Assembly: GCF_006345805.1 (NCBI RefSeq)
Contig: NW_021832258.1
Coordinates: 1-64,000 of the forward strand
Source: Octopus sinensis
Taxonomy: Eukaryota
Direction: 5' to 3'
Length of the DNA: 64,000 nucleotides
Shown: piece by piece, positions 14,448-27,884 of the stretch
Position numbering within the stretch: position 1 is the stretch's first letter
Layout of the letters: each line of letters opens with the position of its first letter
Made by a program: the position numbers and the translations under genes
The notes under the pieces: model-generated
Told to the model about the DNA's origin: nothing
The model's input: only the letters and a program-made list of their open reading frames with translations
The model's database searches: none

Positions 14448-15469
14448 TTCCATTCTGTATATTGGTGTGGAAGCTAACAAGGCTGGTTATTTTTTACTCG
14501 AGTGTTATGGGAAATCTGAGTAATTATTCTTTCTCATAATCTTCATTATTTTTCCACCCTGCCCCAACACCCCCCAAAACTACCACGACAACAATAACAA
14601 TATTTTATGATTTATTTTTCTTTTCCTACCACACATTAATCTAATTACTACTATATGCTTTTGCAAAAAAAAAAAAAAAATTAATAATTAATTAATAATT
14701 AAGAAAGTGAAAGAGTGTCAAAATAAAGAAGAAAAACGATTGAAACAAGAAAAGCATCGTGTAAGAAGAAAAATGAAATAAAAAGCAAAAATTAAAGAAA
14801 TAAAAATACAATTTAACAAACAAGATAAATAAATATTTAAACAAGCCTATAAAAATATTAAAAATTGCATAAAAATTCACAAATAAAAAACAAAAAATTA
14901 AGGTGTGTTTCGATCGTGTAGACTCGATACAGAACAGAACACACCTAAAACTTAGCCGTATTTTCGTATTTTCGTCTTCTGTCTTGGTTGTTTATATATA
15001 CACGTATTAAATCATTGATTGATTCTGGTGGAGTCGATTTTAACGCCTTTGCCAAATTTTCACACACGCCTACGTACACTCAAACGAACACGAACGCATT
15101 TACAATCATATACGATTATGCACACACACATACATGAACATACATGCACATATACACAAGCATATATACATTTATCAGAAAGATGTTATCACCTTGGCGT
15201 ATATGCGTGTGCGTTAGTGTGTATAACGGTTAAAGAACCCCTTTGGTCATGAATAACCGTGGGATTGCACCTAGAAAGTTCCCCTTAGAGGCATAGGTCC
15301 GGGTAAGGTTGTTTATGGAAGACCAACAGTCACCCATGAAACCAGTGGTCCCTCTCCACGCTATAGATATTATCTAAGGGAGAGGCATGGCACCAGCGCC
15401 TTCACCTTTGTGTGTGTAAACACACACACACACACACACACACATACACACACACACACATATATATAT

Positions 15470-15685
15470 ATGACACTTCTGCCCGGCGTTCACTAGCCAC
15501 TACACATTATTTATTTTATCACCTTGTTTCTTTCTGTGTTTCTCTCTGTGGAAGAGCGTAGGCTCGAAACGTTAAAGGCATTTTCATTTCCTGAGCGTTA
15601 TACTACTACATCGGTTTGTTGTCTACACCACCTGTTTTCGTCTTTTGTTTTTTGTTTGTTAATTCTTCCTATATATATATATATA

Positions 15686-15690
<5 letters not shown>
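15470..15690 (+). mobile_element. Solo pLTR of the Neptune-like Penelope family with hammerhead-like motif
   Basis: Homologous to ~25480-25665 (gaagagcgtaggctcgaaacgttaaag...tttcctgagcg...ccacctg..ttcgtcttttg); ends in (TA)n. Confidence 0.75.
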
Positions 15691-15731
<41 letters not shown>

Positions 15732-16138
15732 CTTAAAACCCACCCTATCAGGTAGCTTTTAAGCTAGTATGTAGCTTTGAAGCTACTAACCCCGAATGGG
15801 CAGATGTGCAAACAGATTTTTTTTTACTTGTTTTGGAGAATTTGCAGCAATTGCTTCCTCCAGTGTCATATCCTAATGACGATCATATTCTTCGCTAAAA
15901 ATCATTTTAAAAATGGCCAAAAACAATCGCAGTAATGAAGACATAGGAATCCAAAATTTCAGGATTGCATGGCAGCTTGGACAAGTGTGTTCTGCTATAG
16001 CCTCGGACCACCAAAGCCTTGTCAGTGGATTTGGTAGACGGAAACTGAAAGAAGCCTGTCGTATACATGCATACATACATACATACATACATACATACAC
16101 ACATAGATGCATACATACATACATACATAAATACATAC

Positions 16139-16215
<77 letters not shown>

Positions 16216-16315
16216 TATATATATATAGGTATGTATATATATGTGTGTGTATGTATATTTATGTGCGTGTGTATGTATATATGCATGGATATATATATAA
16301 AAATATATATACATA

Positions 16316-17904
16316 CAGTTGAGGCCAAAATGTTCAGAACGGCAATGTTTTCGTCAGAAAAGTAGATATAATTTTTTATCAAAGTTGTTTTATATTCTAT
16401 AATTTTTACAGACAATAAATACAATATTATTTGTTATTGCCTGAGATTTTGGTGTAATTTGAGACGATAATACAAAAGTTATGGATGATTTAGTGATTTA
16501 CTGCAAAACCCATGGTGGTCAAAATGATCAGAACGGTTGCTGTTACACCGTGTTTTAGTATATTTAACCGGCGGGCTCTAATGTTTTGAATTTGTTTACG
16601 TGACGGTTCGTTTACTAAACATTAGTAAGAATATGTGCAGTATACTTTGTTAATATAATGCCACTTATTAAGCTTCGAAGGAAGGATAATTTAAGTATTG
16701 GATCTATTGCAAAGATTGTTAACAAGTCAAAAAGTGTTGTACACGGTATTCGTAAGGTCTACGATGATTGTGGTTCGTGTGAAGCAAGAAAGTTTACAGG
16801 TAGGCCAAGAAAAACGACCAAGAGAGAAGATCGTGCTATGGTAAAGTTGGTTAAAAAGGACAGAATTAAAACTGCTGCTGCTGTTTCTCGGATAATGAGC
16901 ATTGTATTGAAGAAAACTTTATCTCGAAAACTGTGTCTCGTCGTTTAGTTGAACATGACCTACAAGCAAGAGCACCTGCAGTGAAGCCACTGATCAGGTC
17001 CAAGAATAAAAAGTGTCGTCTTACCTTTGCAACCAAACATGTGGTGTGGTCTCAAGAAAAATGGCAAACGGTGCATTTCAGTGATGAATCTAAGTTTATG
17101 CTATTTGGCTCAGATGGGAAAAGGTACGTTCGTAGAAAAGTAGGTGAAAAATTGTCGCCTAAATGCCTTAAGACTAGTGTTAGATTCGGTGGAGGAAGTG
17201 TCATGGTTTGGGGAATGATATCTGGAGATGGTGTGGGCCCTTTGGTGCGATTACATGGGAAGGTAAATGCAGGAGTTTATAAACAACTTGTAACAGATCA
17301 TGTCTTGCCTGTGCTGAGAAATTCAACTAAGCGACCACCCATATTCATGCAGGACAATGCCCCATGTCACAAAGCTAAGGTGGTCATGAACTTCCTTAAG
17401 GCTGAAAAGTTTATTGTTATGGATTGGCCTGCTCAAAGCCCAGATCACAACCCTATTGAAAACGTATGGAATATTCTAGAACGTTCGAAAGCCAGAAATC
17501 CTAAAACAACTGAGCAATTACGGAATGCCCTTCAGGAAGAATGGAATAAGATCACCCAGCAAGAAATTGAAAATTTAACTTCCTCATGCAGTCAGAGTGT
17601 GATTGAAGCTAAAGGGCTTCACACTAAATATTAAATAATTCCAGTATTCTCTGTCATTTTTGATTATTTTGTTATTTTTTCAACCGTTCTGATCATTTTG
17701 GCCGCCATGGGTTTTGCAGTAAATCACTAAATCATCCATAACTTTTGTATTACCCTTTCAAATTACACCAAAATATCAGACAATAACAATTAATATTGTA
17801 TTTATTGTCTGTGAAAATTATAGAATATAAAACTACTTTGATAAAAACTTATACTTACTTTTCTGACGAAAACAATGCCGTTCTGAACATTTTGGCCTCA
17901 ACTG
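16316..17904 (+). mobile_element. Tc1-family DNA transposon with ~224-bp IR/DR-type TIRs and TA target sites
   Basis: Left end TA|cagttgaggccaaaatgttcagaacgg and right end ccgttctgaacattttggcctcaactg|TA. TIRs 16316-16539 and 17681-17904, each carrying outer and inner direct repeats aaaatg(t/a)tcagaacgg. Confidence 0.96.
16658..17634 (+). pseudogene. Tc1 DD34E transposase, frameshifted
   Basis: The HTH region with GRPRKTT (ORF 16658-16948) continues after a one-base loss at ~16928 into ORF 16933-17634 with FSDESKF, MQDNAPCH and WPAQSPDHNPIEN. There are 34 residues between the second D and E. The C-terminus appears to carry small deletions. Confidence 0.93.
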
Positions 17905-17906
17905 TA

Positions 17907-17985
<79 letters not shown>

Positions 17986-18027
17986 TTGAGGCCAAAATGT
18001 TCAGAACGGCATATATATATATATATG

Positions 18028-18080
<53 letters not shown>

Positions 18081-18766
18081 CACACATATATGCGCGTGTG
18101 TGAGTGAATGAATGAATATGTGGTGTGTGAGAGAGAAAAAGATTTTCATAACACATTTTTAATGTCGTAATTTATCACGTATGACGGATTCATTCTAATT
18201 TAGAAAAAAATATTAATGCTCTATTCATCTTATAATCATCAGAGTGCAAATTCATTAGACCAGTAGAATAACAAGATTTGTGGAATTTCCCACATATTTT
18301 AAGTTCTAAATTCATATCGACCAGAGTGGACTTATTTCATACTTCCAAGGTCAATAAAATAAAGTACTCGTCTTGTGCAGAATAAAAGACTTGAACTCTC
18401 ATACTAAATTCGAAATATTATGCTGTGCTGAAGTTAGAAGTTACTAAATATTAATGTTTAATTTTGAATGGAAACAATTTTTCTGTCATTTCTTTTAAAT
18501 CACTAATAAAAGGATGGTTGCCATTACATCACATTTCTTTCGAATTTTCCACCCACCAACATATCAATGGCCGTTGGCCTGTGCTCTAAATTTAAAAGAA
18601 AACCATTGTTTCGTGCTGTTTTTCTAATCGATAATCCCTCGATAAAAGAAATCTTTTGATCTTCATTGGCCACTCAAATACTTAATACTGAATCAATAAA
18701 GTTTCCCGTATTAAGAATGAGAAGATGAAAGAAAAGGACGGAAGATCAAAAGACAAAGACAGGTGA

Positions 18767-18803
<37 letters not shown>

Positions 18804-18823
18804 GTGTGTGTGTGAATATATAT

Positions 18824-18914
<91 letters not shown>

Positions 18915-19469
18915 GTGTATATATATATAAGTATACATATATATGTGTATGCATACGTGTATATGTGTGTGGAGGTGTGTGTATATGTACATATGCATGT
19001 ACATATAAGGATATATATATATATATATACATATATAAAGAGAGAGAGAGAAAGAAAGAAAAGGAGGGACCTGGAGAGATAAAGATTACGATGAAAGACA
19101 AAACATCAAAACAACGCAACAAGAACGACAAAGAGTATGAAAGAAAAAATGAAAGAACGAACGTGAAGAATCTATGACGACAAGACTACACTGTTTCATT
19201 GTAGTGAAGGCTGGATGGCATTTCTGTTTAAAAGAAAAAAAAGAACAGTATCGAATTTATTTAAGATACAACACATGTTGGACATTATGTTAGAAATCGA
19301 CTGCCGGGCTTCCCACCGCCGCATCTGTTTTATGCTAGCAATATACGGTCGTGGTTTCTGTCGTATAACCAATGAAGGTTTAGCAGTGGGATCAACTGAA
19401 TAACCAGCTCCCGAGTTATCGAGGAAGTTAAAGGGAGAATCTTTTATCGCTTGTTTGTAACTTATTTCA

Positions 19470-19755
19470 GTGAGTAGACTGTGGCTATGCTAGGAGACAC
19501 TTTAGCTGAATAAATCTATTCCAGGACCTATTTTTCTTTAAAGCATGGTGCTTATTCTGTCAATCTCTCCTTGGTCAACCCGATAAATCACGATGTATTA
19601 AGCACACAAACACCAGTTGTCTTTTTGTTTACCAAATCCGCTCACAAGGCTTATATCCGTCCGGGGCTATAGGAGGAGTCACTTGTGCAAGATGCTCCGC
19701 AGTGGGATTGAACCCTGATCGATGTTGCTGCAAAGCAAACTTCTTATCACACACA
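19470..19755 (-). mobile_element. SINE family B (tRNA-like head on minus strand), degenerate
   Basis: Contains the family B hallmarks accaaatccgctcacaaggc..acttgtgcaagatgctccgcagtgggattgaaccc. Confidence 0.6.
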
Positions 19756-20715
19756 TGCTATTAGAACAAAGAGAAGAGTAAAACTTTTTAGCTATAAAAT
19801 TTATCGTCTGCATAAATATAAAGGTATCCCTTAACGTAATATCGTCTGCTGCCCGTAGCAATATAATTATAAGTTCGGGGTGGGAAGAGACAGTTTTATT
19901 GATGTAGAAGAACGTTTATTCAGCAAGCAAAATGTTACAGCAAACAACTTTTACTGAGAATTGGTTAAATATCTTATAATATCATTGTTATAATATCGGA
20001 AAGTGAAGAGAAGTTAAATTAGGAATTGATTGGTAATAGTCATCCTTATATTTGAACTACAGGCTGGATTATACCACAAAATATTTCAACTTTGAAATAG
20101 GTATGCGTAATTCATGTGAAAAGCTGTCAATGAATACTGCCTGATAATATTCATGAGAACTCCTAATGACGTGAAGAAGAATGTAGAGATATTCATAACA
20201 ATATTAAGAATCAAATCTAGAAGCGAGTATTGAACGGGTGACTGGAATTTTATTAATATAAAGTCGTTTTCATTATCGATGAGGGCAACACTCAGTGTTG
20301 CCCTTGTCTATAAAAGATTGTTATGAATTGTAAGTTCTGACATATATCACTAGCAATTTTATGAGATATCTTACGAGTGTAATGATGGCCATTTCGTTGC
20401 ATGACTGTAGGACGTATAGTTCATTAGTAGTCAGGTAAATTATTCTTAATTCCTTTGCGTTATTGGAATGAAAGATGTGTTACTAAATTGTGATTTATTT
20501 CGAACCATGTCCCCAAATAAATAAAGTGATCGCTGTTGGGTGTTCAGTCGCGCACGCTCATACACCAGCACACATCAACACAGGAGCAGACTACTCAAAA
20601 ATATTAAGACACTAACCATAAGAAAATAAATGTTTAACCACGAATACCTTATCGCAAAATCCATACACTTACACAAAGCGACGCACGTTGAACACACATG
20701 CGAGTACATGCACTT

Positions 20716-20769
<54 letters not shown>

Positions 20770-22121
20770 TCTCTCTCTCACACACACACGCCCATACACT
20801 GTCCATTACATTTGTATAAATATATAAACATAGAATCTGTAAACCAGGAAACACAAATCTGGAATAGAGAGGACATGTCATTAATGAGGTCACGAATGAG
20901 GATGAAAGGGCTTTGACAGACCTTACTTATTAGTTGTTTGACCGAATGATTAACCAAAGAAGCAATTATATAACTAGTTAAATATTAGCGAATTGATTAA
21001 TGATAATAGAAGTGAAATCGAACCAGTCCATGTGTGTATTATTGGTATAACAACCTTTCCGAGATACAACAAAATGACAGCCACTTATAATGTGCGAGAA
21101 ATTAAGAGGCTTTCGTTCTTCTCCAAGTTTTCTTATAAGACGGAACATTTTCCTTATGCAAGCGGTCTAAAATAAAATTTCGCACCATTTATCCCTTCGT
21201 ATGCTTCCATGAAAATATGAAAAAACGTCTCTTTGTTCTTCTTTTAACCCACGATGAATTCTCAAAAAACAAACTAATTCTTCTTGCGTGCATAATTATT
21301 TTAATATGAGACTCACTAATGCGCAGGATGGTTTTGGTGAACACTAAAGCCTTGGCAAGAGGTTTAGTCAATGGGTGTATAAAAATCAATAATATCGAAC
21401 TGGAAGAATTTACAATGTTATTCGACGCCAACTCCACTATATCATACTATTAGACTACCATACCATTACACACACACAATTGTTCGATAAGGGAAGCGTT
21501 TTAACATATTTCATTTTTAACTATAATAAAATCCAGATTATGCTTTGCTAACTAATTCATTGTTTGTTTGGTTGATTAATTTGTGTTTTGGGATAATAGA
21601 AAAATTACGCATGTGATATTTAAGGGTGATAAATGGACGGCGAGATGCTAAATATCCTACTCTATCATGTATAGTAATGGTAGTGGTGATATCTTTATCA
21701 TTTATATGAATAGACATGTTTGTGTTAGCGTCAGCTCCACAAATTCACTGTGACTATAATATGTGGTTACATTTATTTATGCAGCGCTTTTGGATATGCT
21801 ATAATATCTATCCTGTTTATTATGCTAATGTGCAACTGTATGTGCCAGTTAGGAACGCAAACATGGTCGATTGATTTTAACTTGGGAGCGATAATTCTTC
21901 CGCACTTGTTTCCGGTGATGTAATAAAGTTCGTCCTAGCAAGACCGAAAAATAATGAATTTCGTTTTTTAACCGTGGAAGTGCGTGGATTTGTGATTAAG
22001 GTGTTGCACTCGTGATCGTAAGAGTGTTTTGTTTCGAGAACTGGATGCGTTGTGTTCTTGAGCAAAATAATTCTTTCCACGTAGTTGAAGTACATTCAGA
22101 CAGCAAAATTGAGTAATCCTT

Positions 22122-22635
22122 AGGTAGCGAGCTGGCAGAAACATTAGCACGCCGGGCGAAATGCTTAGCGGTATTTCGTATGTCTTTACGTTCTGAGTTC
22201 AAATTCTGCCGAGGTCGACTTTGCCTTTCATCCTTTCGGGGTCGATTAAATAAGTACCAGTTACGCACTGGGGTCGATATAATCGACTTAATCCGTTTGT
22301 CTGTCCTTGTTTGTCCTCTCTGTGTTTAGCCCCTTGTGGGTAGTAAAGAAATAGGTATTTCGTCTGTCTTTACATTCTGAATTCAAATTCTGCTGAGGTC
22401 GACTTTGCTTTTCATCCTTTCGGGGTCGATAAATTAAGTACCAGTTGCGCACTGTGGTCGATGTAATCGACGTAATCCCTTTGTGTGTCCTTGTTTGTCC
22501 TCGCTATGTTTAGCCCCCTGTGGGCAATAAAGAAATAAGAAACGTTTGGACGCCGGGCGAAATGTTTAGCGGTATTTCGTTCGCCGTTACGCTCTGAGTT
22601 CAAATTCCACTAAGGTCGACTTTGCCTTTCATCCT
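22122..22635 (+). mobile_element. Head-to-tail trimer of SINE family A
   Basis: B-box units (ttctgagttcaaattc) start at 22191, 22375 and 22592. Confidence 0.9.
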
Positions 22636-23699
22636 GTACTAGGATTATGTACTAGGGATGATGTCAAATATAAAATATATTCTATATGCGCAATGGTAAT
22701 TACACAAAAAAAAAACAGAAAAGAAAATAGACGTCAACTTAAATATTTGATCCCATATTTCAAGAAAAGAAATTCAATGCAACTTGCTACAAGAAGCTAC
22801 TGCATCAAGAATACTATGAGAGAATCCTCTTCCAATCTCTCTTGCATGTTAGAATGTGGGGAATAAGAATGACCTGCTGGCAAACTCTATAAGTATGTGC
22901 GTCTGTATGCATGTAGGTATGTATATATTCTTTTGAAGGATTTTTCTTCTCGATGAGGTACGAGGCCCAGGTAATCTCTAAACTCCTCTGTCTTCACTTC
23001 TAATACCAAGAAATTTGGTGTAATTACTATGCGAAATTATCCGCTTCTAATTAGGTACCTTACACCTGTTGCAGTTAATATAATGCCTTTGCCGCTGTGA
23101 CGTTTGTAACACCTCAGCCGCCCATAAAACTATTTCCATTCTTTCATGCCCTTCTGTAAGCTTCTAAGAAAGCAAATCCATCCATCCTTTGGTTTATTGT
23201 TGAAGAAATGATCAACGATCCTTCTCGCAAAAATGCTTGTTCGTCAATGAAACTAAGCAATTCTTTCTAATAGCCTATCGATCACATTCACTGATCATTA
23301 ACTGTCATGGCGCTTGTGAAATCAAACTTAACTAATTCGCTTATCTAGCCACTGTCAACTATACGGGAAAATAGCGCGTCAACCGAATGATCTTTTGATT
23401 AGTCAGAAGGCTCTTTTATTATTTTTACAGGGTTGAGATGACAAGAGTCTGAAGTAAATTTATCGACTTCAATATATGAAGGTTTAGAAATAAATCGAAC
23501 CGAATAGAGATGAGAGTAAATTTCATTGTGATAACTACATTTACTTTGACACACAAACACACATGTATGTGAGTATGTATGTATGTATGTATGTATGTAT
23601 GTATGTATGTATGTATGTATGTATGTATGTATGTATGTATGTATGTATGTATGTATGTATCTACCTATCTATCAATAAATCAGTCAATCTATCTATCTC

Positions 23700-25664
23700 A
23701 CTGGTCCCACTCCCGAACTATATGGTCGTTACATCGACGACATTATCGGTGCCACCTCACTCTCCCGTGAACATCTAGATTCCTTCCTCTCTTTCGTCCA
23801 ATCTTTCCATCCAGCCCTCCACTTCACTTCCACTATCTCCAACACCTCTGTCTCCTTCCTCGACATTTCGGTTAGCATTCTTCACTCCACTCTTACCACC
23901 TCCATTCACTACAAACACACAGACTCACACTCATACCTCAACTTCTCTTCCTCCCACCCAGAACACACCAAGCTTTCCATCCCCTATTCCCAATTCCTCC
24001 GTCTACGTAGGCTCTGTAGTGACGACCATGACTTTGAGACTCAGTCTCAACGTATGGCTCACCACTTCACCGACGGGATACCCCCTCACCACTATCCACA
24101 CCGCCCTTGCCAGAGCACGGTCCGTGGACCGTGTATCTACTCTCTCTCCCCGAACCCGCCTGTAGTCTCCCGCTCCCTTTTCCCCTCACTACCACCCCAC
24201 GACCTACGTCTCAAACGCACCATTCTTCGAGCTTCCGTCATCTCCAGTCCGACCCGTCCACTTCACACCTCTTCCCTAACCGACCCCTCCCCTCTTTCAA
24301 ACGAGCCCACAACTTTCGAGACCTTTTGGTCCATAGCTCCTTCCCTGACCCTACCTCCCAAACCGGCTCGTTCCTCTGCTCCCGCCCACGTTGCCGCACT
24401 TGCCCTTACCTCTCCAACACAACCCGCCTCACTAGCACCCACCATCGACCCTATCCCATCATCCACTCCTTCACCTGCACCTCCAGCAATATTATCTATT
24501 GCATCTCTTGCTCTCTCTGCAATTCCTTGTACATCGGACAAACGGACGACCGCTTGGCTGACCGGTTCGCGGAACACCTTCGTGACATCCACCTTGCGAA
24601 CGACACACCGGTCTCACGCCATTTCCGCTCCACGGTCACTCCTTGCAACACCTATCTGTGTTCGGTTGTCCTTACACAGAGGCCATCCGGATTCCCGTTT
24701 GCGCCGTGAACAGGAATTAATCTTCTCTCTTCGCTCTTATACGCCATTTGGTCTCAACTCTCCCCCCTCCTCATCTAACCCCCTCTCCCCCCTCCTCACC
24801 TATCCTTTCCCCCCGACCCTACTTCTTCAGTCCTTCATCCTTTCACCCCTACTCCCTTCCCTTCTTCCCTCTTCTCCTTCCCTCTTCCCCTTCCCTCTGC
24901 TCCCTCACTCCCCTCTCCCTCTTTCCTCATTCCTCCCCCTCCTCCCTTCCTTCTCCCCCTCCTCTCTCCCCCCTCCTCTCCTCTCCCTTCCCCCCTCTTC
25001 CCCTCTCCTCCTCCCCCCTCCTCCCCCTCTTCTCCTCATTACACCACACGACTTCACACATCACATCATATATGATGTGCCATACTATACATACACCAAC
25101 AATAATACTAATTACGTACTAATACTACTAATACATACTAATACATACACCAACCCTATACATACACACGTCCAGACCCCTCATACGCACTTATACTCTC
25201 TCATACACACACCACCACCCCATACATACGCACGTCCACACCAATCCTACGCACTAACACTCCTCTCATACACACACACACACACACACCCCTTATACAC
25301 ACTACTAATACTACACCAACCTATACATACACACGTCCAGACCCCTCCTACGCACTATTAGCTGGTCCTTCACCATATTATCAACCCTATTATCTCCCCT
25401 TATTTCGCTCTCGCGTCTCATGTTTGATCTTTGACCTCTGGCCGAAATCAGATCACCATGTTGATTCGTTAGCTACTGCACGCATTTTTTTTCTCTCCTT
25501 CTTTCTGTGTTTTTTTTTCTCTCTGTGTATCTTTCTGTTGAAGAGCGTAGGCTCGAAACGTTAAAGACTTGTTTTATTTATATTTCCTGAGCGCCATACT
25601 AATACAATTGTTCGTTTGTTTTCCACCTGCCTTCGTCTTTTGTCTATTTTCATAAAGCTTCCCG

Positions 25665-25665
<1 letters not shown>
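23700..25665 (+). mobile_element. 5'-truncated Penelope-like element (Neptune-like): RT C-half, Cys linker, GIY-YIG endonuclease, 3' pLTR, (TATC)n tail
   Basis: YGRYIDD (YIDD at 23730-23741), SFLD, HYKHTDSHSYL..SHP..SIPYSQFLRLRRLCS, then CSRPRCRTC, NIIYCISCSLCNSLYIGQT, RLADRFAEH and REQELIFSL..PFGLN, spread over several frameshifts. A hammerhead-like motif lies at 25530-25567. Confidence 0.92.
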
Positions 25666-25744
<79 letters not shown>

Positions 25745-25779
25745 ATAAGTATGTGTCTGTATGCGTATGTGTACATATT

Positions 25780-25821
<42 letters not shown>

Positions 25822-25829
25822 ATATATAC

Positions 25830-25862
<33 letters not shown>

Positions 25863-25863
<1 letters not shown>

Positions 25864-26140
25864 AAGGCGCATGGCTTAGTGGTTATGACGTAGCACTCAC
25901 GATCACTACATCATCAAGGACACGATTACCGGATCGGGTGACGTATAATGTGCTTGAGAAAAACGCTTCATTTCGCGTTGATTCTGTCCATTCAGCTCTA
26001 AATTGGCAACCCTGCGACGAGATACCCTTCCGGTCAGAGGGAAAGTTTGTGTGCTCGCCTAGCCAGACAGGGTGTCGCCATTCGATAGCTAAGACAATGC
26101 CAAGCACATTCTGACCAGCGATGTAAAATAACATCCGGTT
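25863..26140 (+). mobile_element. tRNA-derived SINE (family D-like), degenerate
   Basis: A-box-like TGGCTTAGTGG head; the body (tcgcctagccag..gtcgccattcg..acattctgaccagcgatg) is shared with 55225-55510 and, in reverse, 62520-62630. Confidence 0.6.
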
Positions 26141-26459
26141 TGTATATATATATATATATATATATATACAGAGAGAGACTGAGAGAGAGAGAGAGAGAGG
26201 GAAAGAGAGAGAGAAAAGTGAAAATGGAGACAAACGTTCAAGATATGACTAAATCCTTTATATCTTCATATCATCGACATGTTTCCATGGATGCATTCAA
26301 AATAAATCCGACAGGATGAATAATGTGGAGCAATGCATCAATCATATCAGGAAGGATATGAACAACAGTGTGCATCAGACATTTTAACAGATGTAAAAGA
26401 CTCCAATATGTGTGACGTATATATATATATAATCAAAATAAGCAACAAAGATATCCAGA

Positions 26460-27450
26460 AGTAATGCAGTACGATCGTTTCATGCGACTCCATTTAATTG
26501 GACAATGCAAATATTACATCAGTTTTAAAATGTATCCCCGCATAACAACTATATTCTTAAAGGTAATAGAATATCTTTTAATAACTGTAATAACATTAAT
26601 AATATTAACGATAATCTCTCTTTGAATAATAATATCAATGATATTAGTCCTTGCAAATGTGGCTCGAATAAAACTTGCATCCTCAATGGAAACTGCCGTA
26701 TTAAAAATGTTGTTTACCAATGCAAAATTACCACTAATCTAAAGAATTCTTTTATATTGGATTGTCTTCTACGGAGTTGAAAATCCGTATCGCGAATCAT
26801 CTTTCAACTTTTAAATACAGTCATAAGCGTAATTCTACAGGAGTTAGTAAGCTAATTTGCCAGCTTAAAGACTCTAACGGACATTTTTCTTTAAATTGGA
26901 AAATTTTATCCAGATCATTTCCTTATGACAAATGGAAATCTTTCTGTCCTCTTTTGTACAGACGAACATCTATCCTCTTTTCTAAGCATAAACTGGTCAA
27001 CACCTTTAATGAACGTGTTTTCAGGCATTTGCATTGTAAAAAACACTATTTTGCTATTTTTCAATAATATCTACCCCTCACCTAATAATAATTTCTGCAA
27101 CTTATCTTTATTTTTAATCTTAATGCCCATACCCACTATTCTTCCCTTCATCTTTCCTTTCCATCTATCATCTATTCTCTATTTGCTCATACCTCCTTTC
27201 TCTTTTAACTGTCGTTCTTTCGTGCCCTCTTTCTTCCTCTATACCTTCTGTTCTTCCCTCTTCCTACGACGTCTATTTCCTCAACGGCATTTAAAAATTA
27301 CTAGCGTTCTCTTCACACCTTCGTCTGACAGTTTAAATTGAGAAACTGTCCGACGAACGAGAACATAAAACTCTGAGTAGCAGTTTTCGGTGATATTTTT
27401 GTGACGTCTTTGCAGCTTTAATAACAATAAAGCATATTACTCTACGTCCG
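26460..27450 (+). mobile_element. 3' fragment of Naiad-like Penelope element (GIY-YIG domain)
   Basis: CKCGSNKTCILNGNCRIKNVVYQCKIT..YIGLSSTELKIRIANHLSTF..NSTGVSK..WKILS..FCPL..LVN..E across frameshifts. A degenerate hammerhead-like motif lies at 27343-27386. Confidence 0.8.
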
Positions 27451-27674
27451 GTATTCGAGTACTATTTCCCACCTCGATTCACATTTATTTGGTTACTTAG
27501 CTATATATACACATGCACGCACGCACACACACACACATACGCACACACACACACACATACACACACAGACAGACATATATATATCAAATAGCTATCTATA
27601 TCTATCTATCTATGTATCTATCTATGTATCTGTCTATGTATCTATCTTTCTATGTATGTATGTAAGTATGTTTG

Positions 27675-27744
<70 letters not shown>

Positions 27745-27769
27745 ACTATCTATCTATCTATCTACCTAC

Positions 27770-27852
<83 letters not shown>

Positions 27853-27853
27853 C

Positions 27854-27884
<31 letters not shown>

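Noticed and set aside
21305-21440. MVLVNTKALARGLVNG resembling a PIF1/Helitron helicase motif
   Set aside because: A single short motif with no flanking helicase similarity.
22122-22635. CRISPR-like regular repeats (also 36273-36845)
   Set aside because: The units are whole ~184-bp SINE bodies without unique spacers; the context is eukaryotic and there are no cas genes.
24054-25361. 435-aa ORF, the longest in the track
   Set aside because: It is mostly an off-frame reading of the Penelope element plus its polypyrimidine 3' UTR; the real RT/EN motifs lie largely in other frames.
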